Positions 29,219 to 40,862 of a stretch of 56,489 nt of DNA are shown one piece after another. Source of the DNA: Actinomycetota bacterium (GTDB lineage Bacteria; Actinomycetota; Actinomycetes; S36-B12). The notes below the pieces were generated by a model. That model was not told the DNA's origin and ran no database searches. It was given only the letters and a program-made list of their open reading frames with translations. Each line of letters starts with the position of its first letter. The first letter of the stretch is position 1. The translations under genes were made by a program, and so were the position numbers. Where the stretch lies: NCBI GenBank assembly GCA_029978585.1, contig JAPOJD010000001.1, forward strand, positions 1 through 56,489, in the 5' to 3' direction.

Positions 29219-31030
29219 GTGCCGCCGTCCACCCCCAGCAGTCGCACCGGTGTGACTGCCCGTCCCGGCCGACTGCTCATCGTGATGGCGGTCATCTTCG
29301 GCCTCCTCGCCGCCTGGGCGTTCTGGCCCGGAGGTGACAACCGCGTGCGATTGGGCCTCGACCTCCGCGGTGGCACCCAGGTGGTCCTACAGCCGCGGGC
29401 CGTCCAGGAGGGCGCGGCCATCACGGATGCCCAGCTGGCGCAGACCGTCGAGATCATCCGCCAGCGCGTCGATGGCGTCGGCGTGGCGGAGAGCGAGGTC
29501 ACCGTCCAAGGATCCGGCCAGGGCGCCGCGATCGTGGTCTCGGTGCCCGACGTCAGCCAGGATCGCCTCGTTGAGTTGGTGGGCCGTACTGCCATGCTGG
29601 ACTTCCGTCCGGTCTGGTCGATCGCTTCCCCGGCCTCGTCGACGGTTCCGCCCCCGACCGACGATACGGCGGCGACGCAGGACATTGCCGTGGGCGACGA
29701 CACGGCCGCTCAGGACGACACGGCCGCGGGCGCGGCCGGAGCCGCCCAGGACGACACGGCGGGGACCGCGACCGCGGGTGCGGCCGCAGCCGCCCAGGAC
29801 GACACGGCCCCCAAGACGAGCGCGGCGATCGTGCAGTCGCCTGAGAACGATCCCGCATTCACCGAGAAGGTCGCGGCGCTGGACTGCCTGGACCCCGTCA
29901 ACCAGGCGGGCGGGAGCCCGGACGACCCCGCGCAGTGGCTCGGCACCTGTGATCAGGATGGCCTGGCGAAGTACACGCTGCAGCCGGCGTTCATCCGCGG
30001 TACCAACGTCACCGGGGCTACCGCGCAACTTCCGCAGCAGGGAGTCGGGGGATGGGTCGTCAGCCTGAATTTCGACTCCGAGGGCGCCTCGGCGCTCTCG
30101 CAGGCGTCCCAGGAGCTCTATTCGCTGCCCGAGTGCAGCCCCGGCGGCCCGAGCCCCTGTAACGCCTTCGCGATTGTCCTCGACGGAGTCGTCGTGTCGG
30201 CTCCTCGATTCAACGAGCCCATCCTGGGCGGCCAGGCCCAGATCGAGGGCCAGTTCACCGCGCAGGAAGCGCAGGACCTCGCCAACATCCTCAGCTACGG
30301 CGCCCTGCCGGTGACGCTGGACGTCGTCGAGGTCACCAGCATCTCGCCCACCGTGGGCAGTGATCAGTTGCGCGCGGGGCTGATCGCCGGAGCTATTGGG
30401 TTCCTCCTCATCGTCGTCTTCCTCCTCGTCTACTACCGGGCGCTGGGCATTGTGGCGGTGCTCAGCCTCGTGCTCGCCGCCTCGATGACGTACTTCCTGT
30501 TCATCGCCCTCGGCAAGACGATCGGGTTCACGCTGACGCTTGCCGGCGTGGCAGGCGCGATCGTGTCCATCGGCATCACCGCGGACTCGTTCATCATCTA
30601 CTTCGAACGTATCCGTGACGCCTTGCGCGAGGGGAAGTCCATGCGCCAAGCCGCGGAGTCGGGGTGGCTCCTGGCGAGGCGCACGATCCTCGCCGCCGAC
30701 TTCGTGACGCTGCTCGGTGCCATCGTCCTGTACATCATCTCGGTGGGCAACGTCCGCGGCTTCGCCTTCACGCTCGGCCTCACCATGGCCGTCGACGTCA
30801 TCGTGGCCTTCCTGTTCACCTTCCCGCTCGCCGTCCTCTTCTGCCGCTCGGCCTGGATGCAGAAGGGCACGTGGCTGGGCGGACTCCGCGTCGGGGTGCG
30901 CTCCTCCGGGGACAGTGCGCGACGTGACAGCAAGGCGAAGGGCAAGAACAAGGCCGGCGAAGACGAAGCCGGGGATGGCAGCCAGCAGGAAGGCGCCGAC
31001 ACGACCGACACCGCGGAGGTGGAGTCCTGA
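29219..31030 (+). CDS. secD: Protein translocase subunit SecD
   Basis: LGLDLRGG, GALP, GITADSFIIYFERI, RGFAFTLG. Confidence 0.95.
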   Translation: MPPSTPSSRTGVTARPGRLLIVMAVIFGLLAAWAFWPGGDNRVRLGLDLRGGTQVVLQPRAVQEGAAITDAQLAQTVEIIRQRVDGVGVAESEVTVQGSGQGAAIVVSVPDVSQDRLVELVGRTAMLDFRPVWSIASPASSTVPPPTDDTAATQDIAVGDDTAAQDDTAAGAAGAAQDDTAGTATAGAAAAAQDDTAPKTSAAIVQSPENDPAFTEKVAALDCLDPVNQAGGSPDDPAQWLGTCDQDGLAKYTLQPAFIRGTNVTGATAQLPQQGVGGWVVSLNFDSEGASALSQASQELYSLPECSPGGPSPCNAFAIVLDGVVVSAPRFNEPILGGQAQIEGQFTAQEAQDLANILSYGALPVTLDVVEVTSISPTVGSDQLRAGLIAGAIGFLLIVVFLLVYYRALGIVAVLSLVLAASMTYFLFIALGKTIGFTLTLAGVAGAIVSIGITADSFIIYFERIRDALREGKSMRQAAESGWLLARRTILAADFVTLLGAIVLYIISVGNVRGFAFTLGLTMAVDVIVAFLFTFPLAVLFCRSAWMQKGTWLGGLRVGVRSSGDSARRDSKAKGKNKAGEDEAGDGSQQEGADTTDTAEVES

Positions 31031-32136
31031 TGGCTCGGATGACGTGGGGCGATCGTCTCTACACCGGCCAGTCCGGCATCAACTTCGTCGGACGAAAGAA
31101 GCTGTGGTTCTCGATCTCAGCGGTGCTGCTGCTCATCTCCATCGGAGCGCTGGTCTTCCGAGGGCTCAACCTGGGCATCGAGTTCACCGGCGGAGCCGTC
31201 TTTGCGGTCCCCAGCGCGGCCTGCTCGGTACCCGATGCGCGTGACGCAGCCGAAGGCGTGGCCGAGGGCGACGTGATCGTAACCGAGACCGGTGCCGGGA
31301 TCGTGCGCGTGCAGACGGGACCCCTGACCCCGGCTGCGACTCAGGACGTCATCAACGTCCTCGCGCAGGCCTGTGACGTGGGTCCGAACACGATCACCTC
31401 CCAGGTCGTCGGTCCGACATGGGGCGCGGAGATCACCAGCAAGGGCATTCAGGCACTCATCGTCTTCCTCATCCTGGTGACCCTGTTCCTGTCGATCTAC
31501 TTCGAATGGCGATTCGCTGTCGCGGCGCTGGCCGCCCTCGCCCACGACATCATCATCACGGTCGGGGTGTATGCCCTCACGGGCCTGCCCGTGACGCCCG
31601 CGACCCTGATCGGCTTCCTCACCATCCTCGGCTACTCCCTCTACGACACCGTGGTCGTGTTCGACAAGATCCGAGAGGACACCAAGGGCATCACGGGCCA
31701 GTCCGTGATGACCTACGCCGAGGTCGCCAATCGCTCCGTCAACCAGGTCCTGGTCCGCTCGATCAACACGTCCATCACCTCGCTCCTCCCCGTGCTCGCC
31801 ATCATCATCGTCGGCGCGGGACTGCTGGGAGCCGGCACGCTCCTCGACCTGGCCGTGGCCCTGGCGATCGGCATGTTCATCGGCGTCTACTCGTCGCTGT
31901 TCGTCGCCACTCCGCTGGCGGTCATCCTGAAGTCGCGGCAGGAGGACATCCGGGCCCTTGATCGTCGGGTGGCGTCGCGGCGGGCCGGCCAGGCCCGGCG
32001 GGGAGACGGCGACGCGGAAGGGCCCGAGCCCGGTGACGACGGTGCCGCTGCAGTGACGGCGGGCTCCGCATCCGCGAATGCCGGCACGCGGGCCCAGCCC
32101 AAGCGGCAGCCGCGCTCCAAGCGCGGCAAGAAGTAG
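31030..32136 (+). CDS. secF: Protein translocase subunit SecF
   Basis: GIEFTGG, VGPTWG, GYSLYDTVVVFD, RSINT. Confidence 0.95.
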   Translation: MARMTWGDRLYTGQSGINFVGRKKLWFSISAVLLLISIGALVFRGLNLGIEFTGGAVFAVPSAACSVPDARDAAEGVAEGDVIVTETGAGIVRVQTGPLTPAATQDVINVLAQACDVGPNTITSQVVGPTWGAEITSKGIQALIVFLILVTLFLSIYFEWRFAVAALAALAHDIIITVGVYALTGLPVTPATLIGFLTILGYSLYDTVVVFDKIREDTKGITGQSVMTYAEVANRSVNQVLVRSINTSITSLLPVLAIIIVGAGLLGAGTLLDLAVALAIGMFIGVYSSLFVATPLAVILKSRQEDIRALDRRVASRRAGQARRGDGDAEGPEPGDDGAAAVTAGSASANAGTRAQPKRQPRSKRGKK

Positions 32137-32194
32137 CCACGACAGGCGGATCGCCTCTGGACAGTGGCCCGTACACTGGCACTGGAGGTGAGGC

Positions 32195-34468
32195 GTGGTT
32201 CAGGAGGCGACGTCCCCCCGCGAGGCTGCGGCCGCCGATGCCTCCGGCGGGCTGCGATCGAGGATCGCTCGGCTTGCCGGCTCGCGCAACGCCCCGCCCG
32301 AGCTCGAGCCGCTGCTGAAGACCCTGCGCCAGTTCCACCCGAAGTCTGACGCCCGGATGGTGCAGCGGGCATACGAGACCGCGTCGTACCTCCATCGAGA
32401 CCAGAGGCGCCGCTCGGGGGACCCCTACATCACCCACCCCCTGGCAGTGGCCACCATCCTCGCCGAGCTCGGCATGACTGCGCCGACCCTTGCCGCAGCG
32501 CTACTCCACGACACCGTGGAGGACACCGGGTACTCCCTCGAGGAATTGCGGGAGGACTTCGGAGACGAGGTCGCCGCGCTGGTCGACGGGGTGACCAAGT
32601 TGGATCGGGTCACCTACGGCCAGGCCTCTGCGGCGGAGACGGTGCGCAAGATGGTCGTGGCCATGGCCCGCGACATTCGGGTCCTGGTGATCAAGCTCGC
32701 AGATCGCCTGCACAACATGCGCACCCTGTCCTTCATGCCCCCGGAGAAGCAGGAGAAGAAGGCCCGCGAGACTCTTGAGATCTACGCGCCCCTGGCCCAC
32801 CGACTCGGTGTCAACACGATGAAGTGGGAATTGGAGGACCTGTCCTTCGCCACGCTCTACCCGAAGATGTACGAAGAGATCGAGCGTCTCGTCGGACAGC
32901 GCGCCCCGTCGCGAGACCAGTACCTCACCCGGGTGATCTCCGACATCGAATCAGACCTTCGTGGCGCGAAGCTCAAGGCATCGGTCACGGGTCGGCCGAA
33001 GCACTACTACTCCATCTACCAGAAGATGATCGTGCGAGGCCGCGACTTCTCCGATATCTACGATCTCGTCGGAGTGCGAATCCTGGTCGAGTCGATTCGC
33101 GACTGCTACGCCGTCCTGGGGGTCATCCACTCTCGCTGGAGCCCGGTTCCGGGACGCTTCAAGGACTTCATCGCGATGCCGAAGTTCAACATGTACCAGT
33201 CACTCCACACCACCGTGATCGGGCCCGAGGGCAAGCCGGTAGAACTGCAGATCCGGACATGGGACATGCACCGGGCCGCCGAGTTCGGGGTGGACGCCCA
33301 CTGGCGCTACAAGCAGGCCGAGGTCGGGGGGAAGCGGGGCCCCGACGACTTCGGCTGGCTGCGCCAACTCCTGGAGTGGCAGCGCGAGACCGAGGACCCG
33401 GATGAGTTCCTCGACTCTCTGCGGTACGACCTTGGGTCGACGGAGGTCTTCGTTTTCACCCCCAAGGGGGACGTCGTGGCTCTCCCGGCCGGGGCGACGG
33501 CTGTCGACTTCGCCTACAGCGTCCACACCGAAGTCGGCCACCGCTGCGTGGGGGCTCGGGTAAACGGCAAGCTCGTCCCCCTGGAGTCACCGCTGGAGAA
33601 CGGCGACGTCGTCGAGATCTTCACCTCGAAGGCCGAAGGCGCCGGCCCCAGCCGCGACTGGCTGGGCTTCGTCCAGTCGCCGCGTGCCCGGAGCAAGATC
33701 AAGGCCTGGTTCTCCAAGGAGCGGCGCGAGGAGGCGATCGAGGCCGGCAAGGCCGCGATCGTGCGGGCCATGCGCAAAGAGGGCCTGCCGCTGCAGCGGC
33801 TCATGACCAACCAGGCGCTGAGCACCATCGCGGCCGAACTGCACCAGGCAGACGTATCTGCGCTGTACGCCGCCGTGGGGGATGGTCGTATCGCCGCCAC
33901 GAGCATCGTGAAGCGGCTGGTGGCCGCTGCCGGGGGCGTGGACGGCGCCGCCGACGATGCCGCCGAGGCGGTGACCCCGACTCGTGCCCCGCGCACGTCC
34001 CCCGGGACGGACCCCGGCGTCATCGTCAAGGGCGTCACGGACGTGTGGGTCAAGCTTGCGAAGTGCTGCACTCCGGTTCCCGGTGACGAGATCGTGGGGT
34101 TCGTGACTCGAGGCTCTGGGGTCTCAGTGCACCGTCGATCGTGCAGCAACGTGCCCGGCCTGCTCGCCGCCGAGGGCGAATCCGCACCGGGGCAGCGCTT
34201 CGTCGATGTCGCGTGGGCCCCGACATCGTCCAGTGTCTTCCTCGTCAACATCCAGGTCGAGGCACTGGATCGCTCGAGGTTGCTCTCCGATGTCACGCGC
34301 GCACTGTCCGACCAGCACGTCAACATCCTCAGCGCCTCCGTGACAACCACCCGGGATCGGATCGCGCTGTCGCGGTTCACGTTCGAGATGGCAGACCCGA
34401 TGCACCTCGGATCGGTCCTGAAGTCGGTGAGAGCCGTCGAGGGGGTCTTTGACGCCTACCGCGTGTGA
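32195..34468 (+). CDS. rel: Bifunctional (p)ppGpp synthetase/hydrolase Rel
   Basis: [36 protein letters not shown] and ACT domains. Confidence 0.97.
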   Translation: MVQEATSPREAAAADASGGLRSRIARLAGSRNAPPELEPLLKTLRQFHPKSDARMVQRAYETASYLHRDQRRRSGDPYITHPLAVATILAELGMTAPTLAAALLHDTVEDTGYSLEELREDFGDEVAALVDGVTKLDRVTYGQASAAETVRKMVVAMARDIRVLVIKLADRLHNMRTLSFMPPEKQEKKARETLEIYAPLAHRLGVNTMKWELEDLSFATLYPKMYEEIERLVGQRAPSRDQYLTRVISDIESDLRGAKLKASVTGRPKHYYSIYQKMIVRGRDFSDIYDLVGVRILVESIRDCYAVLGVIHSRWSPVPGRFKDFIAMPKFNMYQSLHTTVIGPEGKPVELQIRTWDMHRAAEFGVDAHWRYKQAEVGGKRGPDDFGWLRQLLEWQRETEDPDEFLDSLRYDLGSTEVFVFTPKGDVVALPAGATAVDFAYSVHTEVGHRCVGARVNGKLVPLESPLENGDVVEIFTSKAEGAGPSRDWLGFVQSPRARSKIKAWFSKERREEAIEAGKAAIVRAMRKEGLPLQRLMTNQALSTIAAELHQADVSALYAAVGDGRIAATSIVKRLVAAAGGVDGAADDAAEAVTPTRAPRTSPGTDPGVIVKGVTDVWVKLAKCCTPVPGDEIVGFVTRGSGVSVHRRSCSNVPGLLAAEGESAPGQRFVDVAWAPTSSSVFLVNIQVEALDRSRLLSDVTRALSDQHVNILSASVTTTRDRIALSRFTFEMADPMHLGSVLKSVRAVEGVFDAYRV

Positions 34469-34474
34469 GGGCGG

Positions 34475-35914
34475 TCAGCTGAGGTCGGACAGGGTTCCCT
34501 GGGCCGCCTCGAAGAGGGCCCGCGCGGACTCCAGCGACTGCTCCGCCTTGGCCACGGCGACGTAGTCCCCGCGCTCGCGTGCCGAGTCGACCTCCCCCTG
34601 GGCCCGCTCCATCGCGGCGCGGAACTTCGCGGCGGTCTCCTCGGCGCGGGCACGGACCTCCGGATTGGCCGAGCCCCAGCGCCTCTGGTCGGCTTCTCTC
34701 AGGGCATCCTCGACCTTCTTGAACCGACCCTCCACGCGATCGCGTTCGGCACGAGGCACGGGTCCCACTGCGTCCCAGCGATCCTGCAGCGAGCGCATGG
34801 CCCGCTTGGCCGAGGCGAGGTCCGTCACGGGCAGCAGGGCCTCGGCCTCGGAGGCCAGCGCCTCCTTGCGCTCGAGGTTCGACTGGAACTCCGTATCGCG
34901 CTCGGCGTTGGCGGCGTCGCGGGCCCGGAAGAAGTCATCCTGGGCCGCCCGGAATCTCGCCCAGAGGCGCTCCTCATCCGCTCGACCAGCGTGACCGGCG
35001 GCCTTCCACCGGTCCATGAGCTGACGGAAGGCACGCGACGTGGCCGCCCAGTCCGTCGAGGTCGCCAAGGCACGGGCCTGCTCGATGAGGGCCTCCTTGG
35101 CGGCCACCGCCTCCTTGCGCTGAGCGTCGACCTGCGAGAAGTGCTGGCGCCGGCACCGGTCGAAGTGCGCGCGCGCCGCGCTGAAGCGGCGCCACAGCTG
35201 CTGCTCCGTCGCCCGATCGACGTGCGGTGCGGCCTTCCACTCGTCGAGGATCGCCGCGTAGCGCTCCCCGGTGGCCTTCCACTGGCGCGAGTCCTGCAGC
35301 GACTCCGCCTCGGCAACGAGGCCCTCACGCCGGGCCAGTGCCTCCTCGCGCTGCCGTGCACGGGCAGCCTCGCGTTCGGCCCGATGCGATGCCATGAGCC
35401 GCTCCACGTCGGCGCAGGCCTCGCCGAGCTGGACGACGTCACCGATGAAGGCCGGTGCGGCGAGGGCCGCCCGTGCGTGGTCCACGGCGGCGCGCGCCTG
35501 GTCGAGGCGTCCGCGCCCTTCGCGCAGGCGGTAGGCGGCAAGGTCGACTTCGACCAGGATGTCGTCGTACTTACGGCCGAAGAACGCCAGCCCCTCGGCC
35601 ACGGTGCCGGCCGCCCAGTTCCCGACGACAACATCGCCATCGGGGGTGCTGAGCCATACGGTCCCGGTCTCGTCAATGCGCCCGAACCTGGTCGGATCCG
35701 TCGAACGCGGGGTAGGCGCGGGCGACGGCTGACGTGCCGGAGCAGCCGGGCGGGGACGCAGGCCGCCCGGCGTGGGGACAGGGCGGGGAGCAGCGGGCGC
35801 GGGCAACTGGGGAAACTGGGGCCGGGCCTCGAGGACGCCGAAGGTGCTCGGGTTGCCTACGACGACCACCGGCTCCTGCGGCAGAAGATCGCCATCACGG
35901 CTGTCCTCGCTCAT
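34475..35914 (-). CDS. DUF349 domain protein
   Basis: Three helical repeats of the W..W..(LW.RF) type; typical position after rel. Confidence 0.85.
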   Translation of the reverse strand: MSEDSRDGDLLPQEPVVVVGNPSTFGVLEARPQFPQLPAPAAPRPVPTPGGLRPRPAAPARQPSPAPTPRSTDPTRFGRIDETGTVWLSTPDGDVVVGNWAAGTVAEGLAFFGRKYDDILVEVDLAAYRLREGRGRLDQARAAVDHARAALAAPAFIGDVVQLGEACADVERLMASHRAEREAARARQREEALARREGLVAEAESLQDSRQWKATGERYAAILDEWKAAPHVDRATEQQLWRRFSAARAHFDRCRRQHFSQVDAQRKEAVAAKEALIEQARALATSTDWAATSRAFRQLMDRWKAAGHAGRADEERLWARFRAAQDDFFRARDAANAERDTEFQSNLERKEALASEAEALLPVTDLASAKRAMRSLQDRWDAVGPVPRAERDRVEGRFKKVEDALREADQRRWGSANPEVRARAEETAAKFRAAMERAQGEVDSARERGDYVAVAKAEQSLESARALFEAAQGTLSDLS

Positions 35915-35957
35915 CCGACTCCCTCGTTCACGCGGGTGATCCTGCCACCCGCGTGGC

Positions 35958-36878
35958 TCAGCCCCGTTGTGCGGGCGTGACCGTTGCCTTCTCGATGATG
36001 ACCGGTTGCGCGGGCGGGCCGTCGCTGCCGCCGCCTTCGACCCCGGCGCTGGCGATTCCTCGGACCACGTCAAGGCCGCTGGTCACCTTGCCCCAGATGG
36101 TGTACCCCGAGGGGAGCGTGGTGTTCTCGTACACGATGAAGAACTGGCTCCCGCCTGTCCCGGGCCCGGCGTTCGCCATGGCGACGGTGCCGGCCGGGTA
36201 GTTGTCGGCCCCCTCGGCGGGCAGGTTCTCATCGGGAATGGAGTAGCCCGGGCCCCCGGTTCCGTCGCCCTTGGGGTCACCGCACTGCAGGACGTAGATC
36301 CCTTCAGTGGTGAGGCGATGGCAGGCCGTGAGGTCGAAGTAGCCCTCGTCTGCGAGGAAGGCCATCGATGCGGTTGTGACGGGCGCCCCCTGTGGCTCCA
36401 GCGCGATCTCGATATCGCCGCAGTTGGTGACGAGCGTCATCGTGTAGTCGGTCGTGGCCTTCAGCGACGTGTCCGGGGCCGCGTCCCAGGAGAGGTCATC
36501 GGGTCGCGTCGCCTTCGGCTGCCGGCAGTCGAGCTCCGCGGCTGCGGCCGAGGACTCCGGTGAGGGCACGCCCGACGGGCTGGTCAGATCAGAAGGGGCC
36601 TCGCTGGGAACGTCGGGACTGGGTGCGTCGGGACTCGGTGCCTCGGGACTGGGTACGTCCGTGGGTACGTCCGTGGGCGCATCAGCGGGCGCGACGCTGG
36701 TGTCGCTGCTGCGGTTGACGGCGAACCAGGCAACGCCCCCGGCGATGACCACGAGCACAGCGACAACGGCGATGATCTGGTTGCGGCGTCGACGCCGTTG
36801 CGCGGCCTCGGCCCGCCGAGCGGCCTGGCGCTCCGCCTTCGCGCGCGCCACTTCGCGCGCTCGCTTGCTGGACCCCAC
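35958..36878 (-). CDS. Membrane-anchored cyclophilin peptidyl-prolyl isomerase (PpiB-like)
   Basis: CHRL, QCGDP.G.GTGGPGY, AMANAG, GSQFF, YTIWG; GGAGG RBS. Confidence 0.9.
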   Translation of the reverse strand: MGSSKRAREVARAKAERQAARRAEAAQRRRRRNQIIAVVAVLVVIAGGVAWFAVNRSSDTSVAPADAPTDVPTDVPSPEAPSPDAPSPDVPSEAPSDLTSPSGVPSPESSAAAAELDCRQPKATRPDDLSWDAAPDTSLKATTDYTMTLVTNCGDIEIALEPQGAPVTTASMAFLADEGYFDLTACHRLTTEGIYVLQCGDPKGDGTGGPGYSIPDENLPAEGADNYPAGTVAMANAGPGTGGSQFFIVYENTTLPSGYTIWGKVTSGLDVVRGIASAGVEGGGSDGPPAQPVIIEKATVTPAQRG

Positions 36879-37072
36879 GGATCCTCCCTCCAGCAGCCCG
36901 ACGGTCGCCCGGGGGCCCCGCACCCCCGTCGTTGCGTGAGTGTACGTAATGCCCACCGACGCCCCGGTGAGCGTATCCGCCTCCGGGCGGCGCAGGTAGG
37001 CTGCGCTCACCGCCCGGGCCGCCCCGGGTCCCCGACCCGCGGCCCCGGGCCGCGCCTGATGCGGAGGTCACA

Positions 37073-37789
37073 GTGCTGGTCACCGGCTTCCCGGCGGGGT
37101 CGTGGGGGACCAACTGCTACGTGGTCGCCGCGGCCGAGGGCGAGGACTGCCTCGTCGTCGATCCCGGGCAGGACAGCATCGACGGCCTGGCCGACATCTT
37201 CCGCGAGCATCGATTGCGTCCCGTGGCGGTCCTGCTGACCCACGGTCACATCGATCATGTGTGGTCGGTGGCTCCGCTCACGGCGGGCCACGGGATCCCG
37301 GCCTACATCCACCATGACGACCGCTACCGGCTCGAAGACCCTGCCGGGTCCAGCTTTGCCCTGGCGCGGGACCAGTTGCTCGCCATGACCAAGGGCGCAC
37401 TCGAACTCACCGAGCCCGAGGATGTGCGGACCTTCGCAGATGCCGCGCACCTGGACGTCGCTGGAGTTTCGCTCTCCGTGGCCCACGCCCCGGGGCACAC
37501 CGAGGGCTCATCCGTGTTCATCGCGCCTCGCGACGGCAATCGTCCGCCGGTGATGCTGTCAGGAGACCTGCTCTTCGCCGGATCCATCGGCCGAACCGAC
37601 CTACCCGGCGGGAATGCCGCGGCCATGACCGAGAGCCTGCGCCGCGTGGTCCTCCCTCAGGACGACGACATGATCGTGATGCCCGGCCACGGTGATCTCA
37701 CCACCATCGGCGAAGAGCGGGCGAGGAACCCCTACCTCGTGGACCTCGTCGGCGGGAGCATCGGTCAGATGCCGACGAGGGGTCTGTGA
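37073..37789 (+). CDS. MBL-fold metallo-hydrolase (glyoxalase II-like)
   Basis: THGHIDH, PGHTEG, GDLLF, PGHG. Confidence 0.9.
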   Translation: MLVTGFPAGSWGTNCYVVAAAEGEDCLVVDPGQDSIDGLADIFREHRLRPVAVLLTHGHIDHVWSVAPLTAGHGIPAYIHHDDRYRLEDPAGSSFALARDQLLAMTKGALELTEPEDVRTFADAAHLDVAGVSLSVAHAPGHTEGSSVFIAPRDGNRPPVMLSGDLLFAGSIGRTDLPGGNAAAMTESLRRVVLPQDDDMIVMPGHGDLTTIGEERARNPYLVDLVGGSIGQMPTRGL

Positions 37790-39111
37790 TGGCCAAGGCC
37801 ACCGGGCTGTCCGGCTTTCCTGAGTGGCTCCCGGCAGGGCGACTCGTCGAGCAGCACATCCTCGATGAGGCCCGCCGTGTCTTCGAGTTGCACGGCTTCA
37901 GCTCCCTCGAGACTCGCTCGGTCGAGCCGCTCGAGGTACTGCTGGACAAGGGCGAGGTCGACAAGGAGGTCTACGTCGTGCGCCGGCTCCACGGCGATGA
38001 AGACGCCGGTCTCGCTCTGCACTTCGATCTCACGGTTCCGTTCGCCCGGTTCGTCGTGGAGCACTCCGGTGCCCTGGCGTTCCCTTTCCGGCGTTATCAG
38101 ATCCAGAAGGTATGGCGCGGCGAAAGGCCGCAGGAAGGCCGCTTCCGGGAGTTCACGCAGGCCGACATCGACATCGTCGACGCCGGCCACCTGGCCGCAC
38201 ACCATGACGCCGAGATGGCGTTGGTCATGGCAGAGTTCCTGGGAACCCTCCCGATTCCTCCCACGGTCATCCTGCTCAACAATCGCAAGGTCCTCGAGGG
38301 CTTCTATCGAGGCTTGGGCATCGCCGACTCTGCACCGGTCCTTCGGGCCATCGACAAACTCGACAAGGTCGGGCGTGACCGGGTCCGCACCCTTCTCATC
38401 GACGATGCCGGCCTCGATGCCGGCCAGGCGGACCTTTGCCTGGAACTTGCGGCTATCTCGGCCGAGGATGCCTCCTTCGTGCGTCGCGTGCGTGACCTCG
38501 GGGTGTCCGACCCCCTGCTGGAGGAGGGACTCGCGGAACTCGCGGCGGTGATCGACTCGGTGAGCCGGCGACGCCCCGGTGCTGCCAGGGTCGACCTGCA
38601 CATCGCGAGGGGGCTGGACTACTACACCGGGACCGTCTACGAGACACAGGTGGTCGGCTTCGAGTCCTTCGGCTCGATCTGCTCGGGCGGTCGCTATGAC
38701 GCCCTGGCATCCGACGGCAAGACGACGTACCCGGGGGTGGGCATCTCGCTGGGCGTCACCCGGCTGGTCTCCCTCCTTCTGGGCCGCGACCTGGTTCGTG
38801 CATCGCGATCCGTACCCACCGCCGTCCTCGTAGCGGTCGTGGATGAGGAGTCGCGTACCGAGAGCGATGACGTGGCGCACGCTTTGCGAGGCAGGGGCAT
38901 TCCGTGCGAGGTCGCGCCCGCCGCTGACAAGTTCGGCAAGCAGATCCGGTACGCCGATCGCCGCGGCATCCCCTACGTGTGGTTCCCTGAGGCGGGCAAC
39001 CACACGGTCAAGGACATCCGTTCCGGAGAGCAGGTGCCTGCCGACGCGTTGACCTGGTCGCCGCCCGCTCAGGACCTCACGCCACAGATACTTCAAGGAG
39101 AAGGCACGTGA
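37786..39111 (+). CDS. hisS: Histidine--tRNA ligase
   Basis: [32 protein letters not shown]. Confidence 0.96.
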   Translation: MMAKATGLSGFPEWLPAGRLVEQHILDEARRVFELHGFSSLETRSVEPLEVLLDKGEVDKEVYVVRRLHGDEDAGLALHFDLTVPFARFVVEHSGALAFPFRRYQIQKVWRGERPQEGRFREFTQADIDIVDAGHLAAHHDAEMALVMAEFLGTLPIPPTVILLNNRKVLEGFYRGLGIADSAPVLRAIDKLDKVGRDRVRTLLIDDAGLDAGQADLCLELAAISAEDASFVRRVRDLGVSDPLLEEGLAELAAVIDSVSRRRPGAARVDLHIARGLDYYTGTVYETQVVGFESFGSICSGGRYDALASDGKTTYPGVGISLGVTRLVSLLLGRDLVRASRSVPTAVLVAVVDEESRTESDDVAHALRGRGIPCEVAPAADKFGKQIRYADRRGIPYVWFPEAGNHTVKDIRSGEQVPADALTWSPPAQDLTPQILQGEGT

Positions 39112-40862
39112 TCCGCACCCATGAGGCCGGCCGACTCACCTCGGCGGACGCAGGATCGACGATCACCCTGGCGGGGTGGGTGGGTTCCCGCCGCGACCAT
39201 GGCGGGGTTGCCTTCCTCGACCTGCGGGATGCGAGCGGCATCGTCCAGGTGGTCGTCAACGACCCCGAGGTCGCCCACGGGCTCCGGGATGAGTACTGCC
39301 TCAAGGTGACGGGGACCGTACGGCGCAGGCCCGAGGGCAACGAGAATCCCGAACTGGCCACCGGTGACATCGAGGTCGAGGCCGCGGACGTGGAGGTGCT
39401 CAGCCCCGCGGCCCCGCTTCCCTTCCCGATCGACGACCGCGTGAGCGTCGGTGACGAGACCCGGCTGCGGCACCGCTACCTCGACCTGCGGCGTCCCGCT
39501 GCGGGGGCTGCGCTCCGCATGCGTTCGAAGGTCAACCAGATCGCGCGCGACGTGCTGCTCGAGCGCGACTTCGTCGAGATCGAAACGCCCACCCTGACCC
39601 GGTCCACGCCGGAGGGGGCCCGGGATTTCCTCGTGCCCGTCCGCCTGCAGCCCGGACACTGGTACGCCCTACCTCAGTCGCCGCAGTTGTTCAAGCAACT
39701 CCTGATGGTGGCGGGCATGGAGCGCTACTTCCAGATCGCTCGCTGCTACCGCGACGAGGACTTCCGAGCCGACCGACAGCCTGAGTTCACGCAGCTCGAT
39801 ATCGAGATGTCCTTCGTGGAGCAAGAGGATGTGATCCAGGTAGGCGAGGCCGTTGTCAGGGCGCTGTGGCACGGCATCCTCGGGGTCGAGATCGGCGAAA
39901 TCCCGCGGATGACGTACGCGGAGGCCATGCGCAGGTTCGGGAGCGACAAGCCTGACCTGCGATTCGAACTCGAGCTCGTGGACCTCACCGAGTTCTTCAG
40001 CGGTACGCCGTTCCGAGTCTTCCAGGCCGAGCATGTCGGTGCGGTCGTCATGCCCGGCGGGGCCGAGCAGCCCAGGCGGGCCTTCGATGCGTGGCAGGAA
40101 TGGGCCAAGCAGCGCGGGGCGAAGGGCCTTGCCTACGTGACGGTCGGCGCCGACGGAGAGCTCGGCGGGCCGGTGGCCAAGAACGTATCCGATGCGGAAC
40201 GGGCGGGGCTGGCGGCGGCGGCCGGGGCACGGCCGGGGGACTGCGTCTTCTTCGCCGCCGGGCCGCGCGCGGATGCGCTCGCCCTGCTCGGGGCTACGCG
40301 CCTGGAGATCGGTCACCGACTGGGCCTCATCGACGAGTCGGATTGGTCCTTCCTCTGGGTGGTCGACGCGCCGATGTTCGAGCCCATCGAGGACGACGAG
40401 GGCAACCCGGGGTGGACAGCCGTGCACCATCCCTTCACATCGCCGAATGACGAGTGGATCGACCGTTTCGAGGCCTCTCCCGGCGAGGCCCTCGCCTGGG
40501 CCTACGACATGGTGTGCAACGGCAACGAGATCGGCGGCGGATCCATCCGAATACACCGCGCCGACGTTCAGCAACGCGTCTTCGACATGCTGGGCATATC
40601 CCCGGACGAGGCCCAGGAGAAGTTCGGCTTCCTGCTGGAAGCGTTCGCCTACGGACCACCTCCACACGGGGGCATCGCGTTCGGCTGGGATCGCATCTGC
40701 ATGCTGCTGGCGGGCGCCAACTCGTTGCGCGACGTGATCGCCTTCCCCAAGACCGGCGGAGGCCAGGACCCCTTGACGGGGGCCCCGACACCCATCACCG
40801 CCCAGCAGCGCAAGGAGGCGGGCATCGATGCCGCACCCGCTGAGGACAGCGCGTCCGACTGA
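39108..40862 (+). CDS. aspS: Aspartate--tRNA(Asp/Asn) ligase, probably non-discriminating
   Basis: [40 protein letters not shown]. Confidence 0.96.
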   Translation: MIRTHEAGRLTSADAGSTITLAGWVGSRRDHGGVAFLDLRDASGIVQVVVNDPEVAHGLRDEYCLKVTGTVRRRPEGNENPELATGDIEVEAADVEVLSPAAPLPFPIDDRVSVGDETRLRHRYLDLRRPAAGAALRMRSKVNQIARDVLLERDFVEIETPTLTRSTPEGARDFLVPVRLQPGHWYALPQSPQLFKQLLMVAGMERYFQIARCYRDEDFRADRQPEFTQLDIEMSFVEQEDVIQVGEAVVRALWHGILGVEIGEIPRMTYAEAMRRFGSDKPDLRFELELVDLTEFFSGTPFRVFQAEHVGAVVMPGGAEQPRRAFDAWQEWAKQRGAKGLAYVTVGADGELGGPVAKNVSDAERAGLAAAAGARPGDCVFFAAGPRADALALLGATRLEIGHRLGLIDESDWSFLWVVDAPMFEPIEDDEGNPGWTAVHHPFTSPNDEWIDRFEASPGEALAWAYDMVCNGNEIGGGSIRIHRADVQQRVFDMLGISPDEAQEKFGFLLEAFAYGPPPHGGIAFGWDRICMLLAGANSLRDVIAFPKTGGGQDPLTGAPTPITAQQRKEAGIDAAPAEDSASD

